A DNA stretch of 64,000 bases from Octopus bimaculoides (taxonomy: Eukaryota), in the NCBI RefSeq assembly GCF_001194135.2, contig NC_068984.1:57290642-57354641 (forward strand), read 5' to 3'. A program made the position numbers and the translations under genes. Position 1 is the first letter of the stretch; each line of letters begins with the position of its first letter. The notes under the pieces were generated by a model, which worked only from the letters and a program-made list of their open reading frames with translations, was not told the origin of the DNA and made no database searches. Shown piece by piece: positions 26,496 through 39,990 of the stretch.

Positions 26496-27119
26496 TTAGA
26501 AAACCTGACTGTGAGAGAAGTGTAGTCACACTATATGCTTCTGATGAACAGAAAAGTAGGACTGTCACAATTTGTTGACTACTCCTCATAAAAGGTGTAC
26601 CAGGTTTCCTTCTTTGTTCAATAGCATAGAATTTTTATCTATTATATCAAACAATCAGAAATTAGGCTATTGCTATAGTGGATAGTTTACTTTTCATATT
26701 TGTGCTCATAACAATTCATTATTAATTAAACAATATATATTTTATGCATTGCACCTTCTGTCAAACAGAAAATAACTATTGGGTAAAGAAGTGCCAGGTA
26801 TTCTGAGTGAGAAATCAGCAGAAGTGGAAAACCAGGTTGAAGGGGAAGGAGAGGTGGTGGTGATATCAGAATGCTGAATGTCACAAAAGAGATATCAAGG
26901 GATAGCATGGTACTGTGTTGAAAAGACTCATTCAACCTTGCATGTTGAGGAAAACACACATAAAATGATAATGTTGGTGACAATGTTATATCTGTATATA
27001 ACACGTTTCTAATATGCTAAATGCTATGCTCAGATTCACACTTATTATGTTATAGAAAAAATGGAATTCTGCCCTTAGCAATTTAACTATTAAGATATTG
27101 ATTCAGTTTGCCATTTCTT

Positions 27120-27320
27120 TTAATACATTATCCTAGAGATGTAAAATAAACACTTTTTACTTTTAGTTCTAGAGAACTTATTTAGCAAGCAAGGTGTCAT
27201 TAACAAACCATGCAAATGTTCAGGAGAGGTAAAAGTTTCAGTTGGAGCCACAGGAATCTCAACTGTCTTAGAGCCATTCATATTTGCATTATATATAAAT
27301 GTTTTCACCAATGTACCAAC
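27120..27320 (+). mobile_element. Degenerate CR1/L2-type RT fragment
   Basis: LENLFSKQGVIN...VKVSVGATGISTVLEPFIFALYINVF resembles the RT motif VxSGVPQGSVLGPLLFxLYINDL. Confidence 0.45.
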
Positions 27321-27466
27321 AAATAAATACCCAAGATTAAATAAATGGAATATATTCTTTTAATAGTAGATCTAAATATATTCTTTATTGAAAAAGATAT
27401 TTTTTGATTTTTTTCTTCTGCTTAAAGAATAAATACTGTTATTATACTTGTCACATACTTAAAGCA

Positions 27467-27514
<48 letters not shown>

Positions 27515-27904
27515 CACTTCTTCTCCAGGCCCTTCCATATGTGTGTGTGTGTCATTCACACATGGGTGTCTGAGTACTCAATATTGATAGTAGAAACCAA
27601 TATTTGTGTGTGTGAATGCTCATGCATTGTGTGTTTGTTGTGTTGTGCTCATGCACTGTGTTTTTGTTGCCTATATAATTATTCATAATCTAGACATAGT
27701 GATGAAGTTATGATGGTGAAGTTGAGTCATTGAGTCAAAAATAGTTTGCTGAAGTTAAATACTTGAACTATTTCTATGTTTAGTATATCCTCTGTTTTAA
27801 ATAAATACATGGATTCACAAAGTGTTAGCCAGGTAGAATTGACTAAAATTATTTGCACTTTGACTATGCCATTCAATATTTGTAAACAGATATACAAGTA
27901 GTAG

Positions 27905-28085
27905 ATTGGCAGAATATACAGTGTAATACAAAATATCTTGTGCTGTTTTATCCAGCTTTTTACAATCTGAGTATAAATTCTGTTGTAGTCAACATTGCCT
28001 TCCATTCTTTTGAGGTTGATGTAATCAACTAACCTACTTTCCTCAAAAACTGTTGGTCTTGTGTCTAAATTAGAAAGAATTATTT
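27905..28085 (+). mobile_element. Degenerate SINE C copy
   Basis: Recognisable head and tail (cttgtgtctaaattagaaagaattatt). Confidence 0.55.
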
Positions 28086-28184
28086 ATAAACAAATACCTG
28101 TCTGGTCTTCTACTTTCTGGCTTATCATGCTATAACATCCAATCCAAATTGCATCTGAAAACCAATTTGTCTGATTTTGTTTTG

Positions 28185-28333
28185 TCATCATCATCATCAT
28201 CATCATCATCGTTTAACGTCCGCTTTCCATGCTAGCATGGGTTGGACGATTTGACTGAGGACTGGTGAAACCGGATGGCAACACCAGGCTCCAATCTAAT
28301 TTGGCAGAGTTTCTACAGCTGGATGCCCTTCCT
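28185..28333 (-). mobile_element. RTE 3'-tail-only insertion (family B), inside a family D copy that continues to ~28560
   Basis: (CAT)n-cgtttaacgtccgctttccatgctagcatgggttggacg...cagctggatgcccttcct. Confidence 0.8.
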
Positions 28334-30154
28334 GGTCTATCTTGTTTAGCTTCTGTTCTGTCCTGAGCAAACAAACCAAATTTGATATCAGGATTCTTTA
28401 GTCATTTCATGTATGACTACCCCATTTTCCTTTTTTCTTTTTTTTTATTTAGACATAAATTGGACTACATTACCCAATGTAATTTTCTCTTTTTAAAGGA
28501 TAAAGTATGAATTGAGGGATATTTGGCTTCTTATAGCTAGCAGGTTGAAAGATTGCTTAGAATTGATTGGTGGTAGATTTTATTATAAAGAGTGTGTGAC
28601 CATATTTGTTGTCAAAAATAAGGATATATTCAATATCACCTATTTTTATAATGCTATCCATATTATATTATTTCCTTTCAGATAGTTTTTGTCATGTTTA
28701 AATGGCAATGTCTTAGATTAATTTATCAAATTTTCTGAAAATTATTTTGACCAGGCATTTACTTATTAAATCAATGTGGTTTGAGAATGTTTATTTTGTT
28801 TATATTTAGAAGATATTTAATAACTAATTCCAACTATTTCTTAATTTTAATGAATTCAGTTTTAAAAAATCATCTAGGAAAGGGCCTCTTCCTCTTATTT
28901 CATTAAGCTCAGGGAATATTTTTTATTCAGTATTTTTTCTGTTCATTGTTCTTATATACCTTATAGTAACTAAGATTTTTCTCTCATAAAGCTCCTTATT
29001 ATTTCTTATTTTGAAATATTTCCTATTTTATATTCAGCAGACTTGAGAGCATTTCTCTCCAGTCTTATAGTATCTATTTCACACTGCTATATATTTTTAT
29101 ACAAGGAAGAATTTCCTTGTAACCAAGAAGGGACAAAGTTTCTTCCTCAGCTGGGATTTCTAGCAACACTGTTATCTTAGTCTTCCGTTCTGCTAAAGAA
29201 GCTATGCCAAGGAATTGAAGTATGTGTGCGTGTGTGCTTCTAATTTAAAAAGCGAGACTGTCTCATTCTGAGTTTGTATTAGAGGTACAAGTGTGTTTTA
29301 AATACCCAGTCACTTATCTCTATTTTAATTCAATGAATAGGTAGTATTGATGTTCAGACAATTAGAATTCACGTAATTGGAACTGATGGAGGATCAACAA
29401 TTGTGTACATGTATTTGCACAAACTACTATTCTGAGTTTCTATAAGCTGACCAACTGACAAACTACTTTCCAACCTTTCTTAGACTTGTCTTATTATTTC
29501 TTTTCACCTTTACAGTTTGCTTATTCCTTTGATCTTTCCTGTAAATATATATAAATGTAACATTCTGAAGATATCATAGATGACATTTTGTAATAAGGAA
29601 ATTATTGTGTATAGTGCTCAGGTGCTGATTGTCAAAACTTTTATCTTGTGTGTTTCGTTTTTATATAATTTATATAGATTCAAAGTTTAAGTGACACGTG
29701 TTGACTTCTTTGAATAATTAAATTATCAATTCTTTTCTGCTTTATTTAACTTGTTTGTCTGAAATAATGGCTGGAAGACATTCAAACAGTTTCTGTCTGT
29801 TACATATAGTAAATGTTTTGCTCTATTGACAAAAGACCTTAGCGGTGTGTTTAATAAGTGTATAATTATATAATGTCTACACCTATCCATTTGAGCATTG
29901 TTTGCATTATAATATGATTATTTGTTGATGATATTGTCCAATAAGAAATATGATTTTAACTGTTATAAATACACACACCCATATATATATATGTTGGCTT
30001 GAATTTATAAACAAGAGGGAAAGTACCCAATAGCAATATAGTGTAATTATTTATTACTGTTTAAAGATTACTTTTTTGAGATTCATGATTCTTTATTGTT
30101 CTTACAAGTAAGGTCGTCAGTGAAGAAACACAAAAATCAGAGTAGTAACAGAGA

Positions 30155-30895
30155 GTACTGTGGACAAGTGTATCACCGTGCATTTTGGGAGGAAAAACCC
30201 AGCATCCACGTACTCTCTCCACAACACTAATATCAAGAAGTCTTCTTGTGAACATGACCTGGGCATTACTGTCAGCAGTGATTTGCACTGGACAAAGTAC
30301 ATCTCTAAAATTGTCAAGAAGGCCACTTGGAACTTGCATCACCAGTCTGGGACCCCTATCTTGCTCAGGACATTGACCTCCTGGAAATTGTTCAGAGGCA
30401 TGCAACCAAGTGAATACCCTCCATCAGTTATCTATCATACACTGAACGCCTTGTTTCCTTGGGCATAGATATATTGAAGCTCCGACATTTGGCAACTGAC
30501 TTGGTAAATACCCACAAAATTATTAACCATCGTGCCAACAACTTTTGAGCTCCATGTGTCTAACACATGTGGGCATGCCTACAAAGTCAGAAAACAGCAT
30601 AGCTCCCATGGCTTTCGGAAGTGTTTTTTCACACTCAGAGTTGCTGATGCATGGAACAAACTACCTGCATCAGTTGTTAGTTTCTGCAACAGTGCATCCT
30701 TTAAAACCTTCATACTTCCTGAAATTCACCAACAATACACCTGATATCCCCAGCTCCATACGCATGCACACATGTATATCATGACTCATACACTGTTCAC
30801 TTTCCTGACTTTTGTACATAATTCTATGTACTGTACATCTACCTTTGCTGAGTCGTAGTGCACCTGAGCACTATACACAATAATTTTGTTATTAT
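30155..30895 (+). mobile_element. 5'-truncated CR1/L2-clade LINE 3' end with 3'UTR
   Basis: DKCITVHFGRKNP...CEHDLGITVSSDLHW and RKCFFTLRVADAWNKLPASVV motifs. ATT-rich end. Confidence 0.85.
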
Positions 30896-31182
30896 TTTTA
30901 TATTCAGTAATACACATACAGACATTACCACTGCATAAATCATCTTTTACTGCATGCATCTTGTTTAAGCATTCTACATGTCTACTATAATGTCTGAATC
31001 TCTTTCTTTATCCCCTGTGCTCCCCACCCACATACATATATACAGACACATACATATGCACAAGCATTCTATATCATATCCATCCTGTATTCACTGGCTA
31101 TTTACTGAAGCCTGTTATCCCTGCTTCATATTGTACTGTCATCAGACAAAATGCCTCACAGTATTTATTCTATCTGAGGGGA

Positions 31183-31570
31183 TGAACTTGCAGAATCATT
31201 AGTATGCTGGGCAAAATGCTTAGTGGCATTTCATCCCTCTTTACATACTGAGTTCAGATTCTACCAAGGTCATCTTTGCCTTTCATCCTTTTGGAGTCAA
31301 TAAAATAAGTACCAGTTGAACTCGGGGATTGATGTAATCAAGTTACTCCTGTTCTGAAATTGCTGGCCCTGTGCCAAAATTTGAAATCTATATTTATACT
31401 AGCTTCTTGCATACTGTGTTCAAATCTTGCAAAGGTCAACTTTTTCTGGAATCAGTAACTAAAGTACCAGTCAAGGGCAGTGAACTTGTGGAATCATTAG
31501 AACATCTGATTGAATGCCATGTAGTATATGTCCCAGCTCTTTTTGTTTTGAGTTTTAATCCTACTGTGGC
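31183..31570 (+). mobile_element. SINE C copy plus a partial second copy
   Basis: Heads at ~31183 and ~31473. Confidence 0.7.
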
Positions 31571-31699
31571 TTAATTGGGTGATAAACTTAAGCTTTTGCT
31601 CAATTAAATACTACTATATGGTCTTTGGATGCCTTTATACATGGGTACTGCACTTCCTCCTGACTAAGCAATAAAAAAAAGCAAGACTAAGAATAGAAA

Positions 31700-32480
31700 T
31701 GTAAGCTATATCATTATATCGAAAACTATTTCATCATATTAACATCATCCAAAAGACAAGTCTTTTCAATATGATTTTTGACTATGTGATCTAATCAGTT
31801 TGTATTTCCCGATCAACCTGAATACTGAAATTCCAAAGGATGGCAACCTGGCCAACTTGTGTTGGCTTGTGTTCCCACCAATTGTTTTTTTTTTTTTTTG
31901 AGGGAGGTTGTATGTGCAGCATACTGACCAGTGTGTGTACTGAACTGTCCTGTCATGTCTTTGCACCAGTCCACCACTGCATCTAGAGATTATGTGGTTG
32001 ATTGTTTCTGGATGTTCTCTGCATATGCAGCATGATGAGCTGCTTTCATATTTCAGAACATTACTCTGATAACTCCTAGCTGGAAGGGACTGATCCTGAG
32101 CAGCAATGACATACCCTTCAGTTTCTGGTTTGAGACTAGAGCATGACAGCCACTGATGTGTAAGAGCTTGATCTACATCAGGGTTCCTGGTTCTAGTTGG
32201 GTATTTGCCATGCAATGGCCTTTGCTCCCATTTTTCTTTAATATATTGGGTGTTGGTTTGTTTTAGCTATGGTTTTATTTGTTTTGCCTTGTCTGTTGGT
32301 GGACACATTTTCTTCGGGTACTGGTTCACCTTGATGCATTTCTCTGAGGTATATTTGAGTGCAACTTTTTTGTATCTTCATGTTTCAGAACCAGCTTTAG
32401 CATCCTGTTATTTGCTTGTTGCAAGTAGGCAGAATGTCCCATGATTGCCATTTTCAATTAGAGTTGAGATTGTATTAACC
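31700..32480 (-). mobile_element. R4/Dong-like RLE non-LTR retrotransposon fragment (CCHC knuckle region to start of the endonuclease)
   Basis: HGKYP...LKPETEGYVIAAQDQSL...CCICREHPETINHIISRC...RHD...ILWNFSIQVDR. The 5' junction abuts taataata. Confidence 0.8.
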
Positions 32481-32515
32481 CCTGACCATTTTCTTTTTAT
32501 TATTAGAAGTAGTAA

Positions 32516-32945
32516 AGGCAGCGAGCTGGCAGAAATGTTAGCACGCCAGGCAAAATGCTTAGCAATATTTCGTCTGTCTTTATGTTCTGAGTTCAAATTC
32601 TGCCAAGGTCAACTTTGCCTTTCATCCTTTTGGGGTCGATAAATTAAGTACCAGTTACATACTGGGGTCGATCTAATTGACTGGTTCCCTTTCAAAAAAA
32701 AATTTCGGGCCTTGTGCCTAAAGTAGAAAGGATTATTATTAGTAGTAGTATCAGTATTATTAGTTGTAGTGGCAGCAGTATTTCTTCCAGTTTTACATTC
32801 TGAATTCAAATGTCACCGAGGTCAGCTTTGTCATTCATCCTTTTGGGGTTGATAACATAAATAAAAGTTGAACAGGAGTCAATGTAATTGATTTGCTCTC
32901 GTCCTAAGATTGCTGGCTTTGTACCAAAATTAGAAAGATTATTAT
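32516..32945 (+). mobile_element. Head-to-tail SINE C dimer, followed by (ATT)n at 32950-33016
   Basis: First copy is well preserved; second starts inside the first copy's attagtagt tail. Confidence 0.8.
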
Positions 32946-32964
32946 TACAATTATTATTATTTCA

Positions 32965-33019
<55 letters not shown>

Positions 33020-33854
33020 CATGTGATCAAATTTGTCATTTATTTCATCAATTAATCCTATTGTTGTAATTAATCTATAATTAACCACTAAAAGACAAAA
33101 AAATAATATTTATCCGCATATCATTTGTATTGTTATTTTAGGACACAAATATATACTAAGTAGAAAATTATTTTGGTGCTATCTGTATTTCTTCTAAATA
33201 GACAATTAGGTTTAAGTCTTCATCCTAACTTTAACTTACATATGTACCTGTTTGAATAGCTTCTTCCCTAACATCTCTCTTCATACAATAAATGCATTTC
33301 ACATACAACTTGTAGTTGTTTAGTTTCCAATTTCTTTGCACTGTTACACTTTTTTTCCTAGTCTCTATCATCTTGCCTGCAGGAATTAAAATCACAGATC
33401 AATCAATAAAGTTTGATACCTCAAGAACTATTTCAAGTGATGTTGGAGGTGAAGTCTGCTTTGTCTGTAGGTTTATTGAACCCATTCAAATCTGAAGCTG
33501 TTGGCAATATCAAGAAATGTCTTCAACAAAATCAAATAAAAATTATTACATTCAATTCTCTTTTCTTTTATGTACATAGATTTTTTTTTTTTTCATCTGT
33601 AATCACTGACAGCACCACTCGTAGTTAGAAGTTAGATAAATGTCACTGTCATTAATGAGAGCTGCTAGCAGCTGTTGGCATTAAACTATTTTGTTTGTGT
33701 GTGTGTATGTGTGTGTGTGTATACAATAACATTATTTTTTTAAAGTTGACTGCTTTTCCCTTACTTCAAGTTTCATACTAGATAGCCATCAGAAGGCAAT
33801 CAGACCGAAGTTATCTCCAAAATGTATTCAGTGTATTTGACTTTATAATATTGA

Positions 33855-34065
33855 TTTCAAATTTTGCCACAAGGCCAGCAATTTAGGGAGAAGAGGATAA
33901 GTCAATTACATTGACCCCAATTCTCAACTGGTACCTATTTTATCAACCCTGAAAGGATGAAAAGTAAAGTCGACCCTCAGTGCAATTTGAATTCAGAATA
34001 TAAAGACTGACAAAATGCCACTAAGCATTTTGCTCAGCATGCTACCTATTCTACCAGATAGCTGT
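33855..34065 (-). mobile_element. SINE family C copy
   Basis: Reverse complement of the full element. Confidence 0.75.
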
Positions 34066-35301
34066 CTTATTTGACTTTATAATGTTACAACATTCGCAAT
34101 GCCACTTGTGAAGTGTGTGTATGTGTGTGTGGATAAAAAAATATCATACAAATGAAACTAATAAGATTATGAAGCTAAGAAAAGACAAACAAATAATACA
34201 TGAAATCACGCAAGCAAAACATGTCGCTGAAAAACCATAGAAATATAAAGCAAACAACAATAAAAGAATAGGTACAATGAAAATAGATATGCCAGTGACA
34301 TATGTATGTATGCATGCATCTGTTTGTGATATTATATCTGTGTGTGGATATGTGTGTGTGTGTGTGCATGCATAGACACATACTTGAAAAATTGAAGTGG
34401 CAATCACAAACACACACACATGCTTAATTGCACAGATACACACTTGGAGAATTGATGAAGCAGTCTGCCACACTTATATGCAGGTTCGGTTTGAAATTTA
34501 AGAATCTATAGTTAGATTTTTATCATGTGCCAATCTGTGTGCGTAGGTGTACGGGTGTAGTACAAGTAGCATAGAATGTTCAATTCATAAACAAGCATTT
34601 ACATAATTTATTGATTATTCAAATAACTGCTCAGTAAAAAGTTTCAGTTAATGATTTTATAGAATGGGCTGTTATTTTGTTCTTACTTTGTAAGAATGAT
34701 AATGCTATTATCTATTTTACAATAAATAAATCTTACTACATTATGTTGTATATCTGCTAAAGGTACTGAATCAACTTACGTTAGTTCAGCCTCCTACACC
34801 AGTCAATGTATAATCTTGTATATTTACTTAGTAATTCTTTCATCATCATTTCAGCCACTACATTGAAGACTATTCTTTACTGTCAATGTTGGCCTAAGAT
34901 TGAAAAAATATGTGAGGAGTTGTCTCCCATCTACTAATATTTGTTGTTGTTTTTTTTCCTCACTGTATAATTATTTCTAGTTAGCTTTTTAATTCTTCCA
35001 GCATTAAACACCAACTTAAGTAGTCATGAACATTAATATTCTATATCCACTTTTCTTTGCCAGGGTGGATTCAAGGATTTTCATGAGGCAGTCAGTGCAT
35101 TAGTCAGATGCCCTTCCTTTTAGCAACCTCTTTTGATATGTCCAGAGGTAGTGTACCTGTTCTAGGACTGGGGTACTCACAGTAATTGATGCCAAGTTAA
35201 AAATATTGCCTTATTTTGCTTGACTACAAATTCCTCTCACAGTTAACAGTTTAGTGGCAAGAAAAAAAAAGTATCTACTTATAAAAAAAATAACTGAACC
35301 T

Positions 35302-35464
35302 AGGCACTGGCATGACTGTGTGCTAAGAAGCTTACTTCCCAACCACATGGTCCTGTGTTCAGTCCCATTGCAGGGCACCTTGGGCAAGTGTCTTCTACTA
35401 TAGCCTCAGGCCAACCATAGCCTTGTGAGTGGATTTGGTAGATGGAAACTGAAAGAAGCCCATC

Positions 35465-35506
<42 letters not shown>

Positions 35507-35727
35507 GTGTTTGTGTCTGTTTTTGCCCCCCACCCACCCACCATCACTCAACAACCAATGTTGGTGTGTTTCCATTCCTGCAATTTAACAGCTTGGCAAA
35601 AAGGGACTGATAGAATAAGTACTTGGCTTACAGAGAATAAGTTCTGGGGTGATTTCTTCAACTAAAAAACTCTTTAAGGTAATACTCCAGCTATTACCTG
35701 AAACAGATAAAAGATAAAGATAAAAGA
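35302..35727 (+). mobile_element. SINE family A copy with internal (TA)n
   Basis: Same halves as the 10574 copy. Confidence 0.8.
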
Positions 35728-35804
35728 TTCAACAAGAATCATCTCACCATGCTAAAATGGAAAAGTGAAATTAATTTGGTTTGGAGCATTATAGCAATTA
35801 ATTG

Positions 35805-35990
35805 TTGTTGTTGTCGTTTAGCTCCCAGATTAGTCTTCATTGAGTAGATCTATGATGAAAGGCATTCCAACCATGACCATCTTATGTATATTTAGAACAG
35901 TGCCCAATGTGTTTTTCCTATTTTGAAAATAGAAGGATATGGTTTCAGGAAATTTGGTAGCTCTATTTAGCAAATCAAACAACCCTATTG
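35805..35990 (+). repeat. Dispersed repeat family D copy
   Basis: gttgttgttg head and aaaggcattccaaccatgaccatc. Confidence 0.55.
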
Positions 35991-37304
35991 AGGTTCTCTT
36001 AACTCAATAGCTATGGATTTCTTTATATTGGTAACATGTCCAGTTTTATAGAAGCAGTCAAGATGGTGTTTAACATACATATCTTTATAAAGGCCATTGT
36101 TAGTGTAAATGATAAGAAGAGTATGACTATCAACCATCAAGAATTGAAACCATTTTGCAAATTCCATGTGATTTTACTCTTATTGATTATAAATTCTTGC
36201 CTTTTAAAAATGTTTAACATACAAAATCCATTTCTAATTCTGTTGGGGAAAGTGTCATTTTCCTTCAATTGTGACCATGAATTTTGTAAAATTAAATATA
36301 ATTTGAATATCCTGTTAAAACACATGAACTGAGATCATGAAATTAACCCAAGAGAACTGCAAGCTGTTTGTTTGGGATGTGCTTAACAGTCTTTAATTAT
36401 TCACAAAGCATATTTAAAAGGAAAAAAAATTAAATAAATTCATTAAGGTGTTTTGAATTTTTTGTTTTAATGAACAAGAAAAAAGCTCCATAAATCTCTT
36501 CAAAATCAAATTAATTGATTTATTCAAATTACTTGCTCTACTTATTGATAATAATAAAGAAGTTCAAAAGTAGTAATATATTTTATTCCTAATGCTGAGT
36601 GAAGATTTGCAGAGAGCACTCAGCATTTACATCTGTAAACATAAGGCTGTTGCAGAAAGTTTTATTGTAAATTAAAATGTGCACACATGCATACATGCAC
36701 AAAATTAGTTTATAACTAATTATGTTAATTTTCTTCTGTCTTGCATAATTATTTTTGTCAGATAAGATATGATCACTTCTAACTCTTGCTATACATAGAC
36801 ATCCTCTAATCTTCACTCTTTTTCTCTCCTGTGTAAGTGTGTGTTGTGGAGAATGAGATTAAAGATGTTTGTTGTTTTTATGTCCATTGTATTGTACTAT
36901 GTCCATTGTATTGTACTAGAAATAACGCAAACTCTAAAACTTGCTTATTGTATGCACTCTTAACTAGGATTCAGAGGAATTTAAGCTTAACCGTCTTTCT
37001 TTAGGCAAGTGATACTTTTGAATAACTGTAATTTTCATTGTATTCCGAAATAATAATGAATACACTTTTAATGAAATTGATTCATGTAAATATTTCATTT
37101 CTGATTCCTGCAATTTTTGCATGACTGACATTATTATAAGCTTAAATAAAAACTTCTAGTTAACAAATAGTGATAAGTTAGTCAATTTCTGTAGTAATTT
37201 CTATTGGAGATTTTAGCTCCCAAAACATGTTATTCTACATCTATCTATTCTGTCCTGATTAATTTGAGTCGTTATCATTATCATCTTCAACTTATTATTT
37301 ATAT

Positions 37305-37732
37305 TGCTGGCAGAAATGTTAGCACGCCAGGTGAAAGGCTTAGCAGTATTTCATCTGTCTTTATGGTCTGAGTTCAAATTCCACCAAGGTCAACTTTGCC
37401 TTTCATCCTTTTGGGGTCGATAAATCAAGTACCAGTTGTGTACTGGGGTCAATCTAATCGAATGCCCCCCCCCCTTCCCAAAAATTCCGGGTCTTATGCC
37501 TAGAGTAGAAAAGATTATACTGCTGGTGGATTGGCTGAGTCATGAGAGCATTAGGGAAAAATGCCTCGCAAATTTTGTTCCAGCTCTTTTATGTTCCAAC
37601 TTCAAATCTCAGCACAGTCATCTTTCATCCTTTCAGGGTGGAGAAAATAAAGTATCAGTCAAGTACTGGAGTTGATGGTATTGACTGATCCCCATCCCTT
37701 AAAATTGTGCTAACATTTGAAACTATTATTAT
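37305..37732 (+). mobile_element. Head-to-tail SINE C dimer
   Basis: Heads at ~37305 and ~37520; tail tattattatt. Confidence 0.75.
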
Positions 37733-37734
37733 TT

Positions 37735-38148
37735 GGTGAAAACTCTCAGCTTATTTTGCTGTATATGATGGAAAGTGTCTGTAGTCCACAGCCAACAGAC
37801 TAAGGTGACACTTGTTTACTGGTCATGCTTCAAGAATCCTATAAAGAATTCTTGCAGTCCTAAGCAGTGCTGATTTTTGAAGGTGTTCTACCTTTTCATT
37901 TGTACCAATCTTTTTGAGCCATATTGGTAGTTGAGTGCTGATACTTCCAAGTGTGCAAATTGCTATTCATATCGCATTTTCTCTCTTCATTGACCACAAC
38001 CTTCATATTTCCCACTTCAAATTGTTGTTGTTGTTCAGTTTTTTTTCTTCTTTCTCTTTGATCCTGTTGTTACCAGGACATGCCATGTCAATTATCATGC
38101 AAGTTCTTTCTTTTTTATTCCCCACAACAATGTCCAGTTTCCAGGCAG
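37735..38148 (-). mobile_element. R4/Dong-like RLE retrotransposon 3' end (endonuclease C-terminus and 3'UTR), ending in (TAA)n
   Basis: LDIVVGNKKERTCMIIDMACPGNNRIKEKEEKK...LQKSALLRTARIL...EA* with stop at 37823-37825. Confidence 0.8.
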
Positions 38149-38315
38149 TGATCTGGCAGAATGGCAAACATGTCGAACAAAATTCTGTAAGGTCAACTTT
38201 GCCTTTCATCCTTTTGGGGTTGATAAATTAAGTACCAATGAAACACTGGGGGTCAATGTAATCGACTAGTTCCCTCCTCCAAAATTTCAGGCCTTGTGCT
38301 TTTAGTAGAAAGGAT
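38146..38315 (+). mobile_element. SINE family C copy with a long (ATT)n tail
   Basis: Body and tail match family C. Confidence 0.75.
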
Positions 38316-38341
38316 TATTATTATTATTACTATTATTATTG

Positions 38342-38509
38342 TTATTCAGTAGTTTTATTTTTATAGCGTGCTTTCACTTCACTACCGAGCGCAGCTCTGT
38401 GTGCCTTGGGTATCTGCTGTGGTTTGCTGTGATGCTCTTATGGTTACTGTATTGAAAGTGTTTTGCGTAGGATGTGTGCAGTGCCCAGTAGTGTAATTTT
38501 CTGTGTGTT
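38342..38509 (-). mobile_element. Very short, young R4/Dong-like 3' end flanked by (TAA)n on both sides
   Basis: NTQKITLLGTAHILRKTLSIQ* followed by a ~100-nt UTR ending aaaactactgaataa. CpGs are retained. Confidence 0.7.
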
Positions 38510-39879
38510 TATTATTTTTATTATTATTATATTATTATTCATGTGAGTATCTGCTATCTGAGTTAAATGCTTGTATAATTGGAGGCCATTTTTATTTTTA
38601 TATTTATTTTATTATGTAAACTCACTTCATATCAAATACTATCATAACAACTCTGGAATGGAACCCCTTCAGAATCATTGAAAAAACAACTGTGTAAACA
38701 AACTTGTAGATTTTTTTTCTTATAAACCACTTCTGTGAGGTGTGTGCATGCTTGTGTGTTGGAATGCATACCATAAAGATACATAGAGAGGTGGAGTTTT
38801 GGAATGGCTATGTCATACTTTATGAAGAAGGAAAAAAAAAAGAGGTTTCTTTTTTTTTTTACTTTATTATTTAGTATTTCTATGTTTCATATAACAGTAA
38901 TTATGATTTTGAAAAAAATTTTCATTCAGAAGAAAAATTTACAACCACCCCACCCTTCTATAACATTTTCCTACCCCATGAGTAAGAGACATCACTTCTG
39001 AAACTCTGTTCCTCATACAGTTCTTAGCCACTTAAACATAACATAAAACTACAAAAAGGAGATAATTTGAGAAGTTTTTTTAATTCTTTCCGCATCAAGC
39101 CACCAAAGATCATCTCTATCAAAATGTTCAAATCTAGATCCAAATCTTGGACTCAAATCCTGTTATTACATGAATGATAATATTAGATTTCACTCAGCAA
39201 GCATTCATTTCCTATTAAGTTTAAGGTTCTTCAAAATTTTCCCACTAAAACCCCCTATAATTCTTGGTTATTTTTGAAAATAAAATACAGAAGCAGTATA
39301 TTTTTTGTCAGAAATTTGGTCACAAAAGGGCTTAAATGATTCATGAAATAGTGTTTTTAAGTCATTATTTTCATAATTAATCATTATTTTTATAAACATC
39401 CTCATATAAATTCTTTTCCTTATTAGTTTAACTTCAAATTTTCAATTATGGCATTAATATATCTGTGTTCTTCACTGCTTAACTGTTTCCTACTTCAATT
39501 TGTTAACTATTTATATGTTTGATTTTGTTCCTGTTGGAAAAACTATTACTATTAATTGTTGCAGCCTAATGTTCCAGTTTCCTTCTTTCATATTCAAAAT
39601 GTGTTCAACCAGCAACATTTATTTATTTTTTTAGTTAGGAAGTAACCTTTTACAAAGCCTCTGAGATTAATGAGAGGAACCCTGGTTCAAATATATACAA
39701 CAAAATGAACTCCACCGATGACATTCAAGATGTCAAGTGGTGTTTTAAATTAGGTGACAGATTAAATCTAGCATGCTAGAAGGCCATGGTAAGATTTGAA
39801 CTTAGAATGCAAAGAACCAGAATAGATACTGCAAAACATTCAGTCCCCTTTCTTTAAACAAATAAAAAAAGATAATAAT

Positions 39880-39990
39880 AAATAAAGCAGGAAGGACATT
39901 TTGAACATAAAAAGATGAGCTAGTCATGACTGGAACACCTTTGATCAAAAATCTGCTCAATCAGGCCCTGATCTGGCGCCAACAACAGCA
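39880..39990 (-). repeat. Dispersed repeat family D partial copy
   Basis: ggaacacctttgatc...ctgctcaatcagg...aacaacagc. Confidence 0.45.

Noticed and set aside
26780-26880. Purine-rich, Glu-rich open stretch (GKEVPGILSEKSAEVENQVEGEGEVV)
   Set aside because: It ends at a stop, has no convincing splice sites, and is explained by GA-rich low complexity.
31700-38148. The two larger RLE fragments as one element split by insertions
   Set aside because: On the - strand the C-terminal piece lies upstream of the more N-terminal piece, so they are not colinear.
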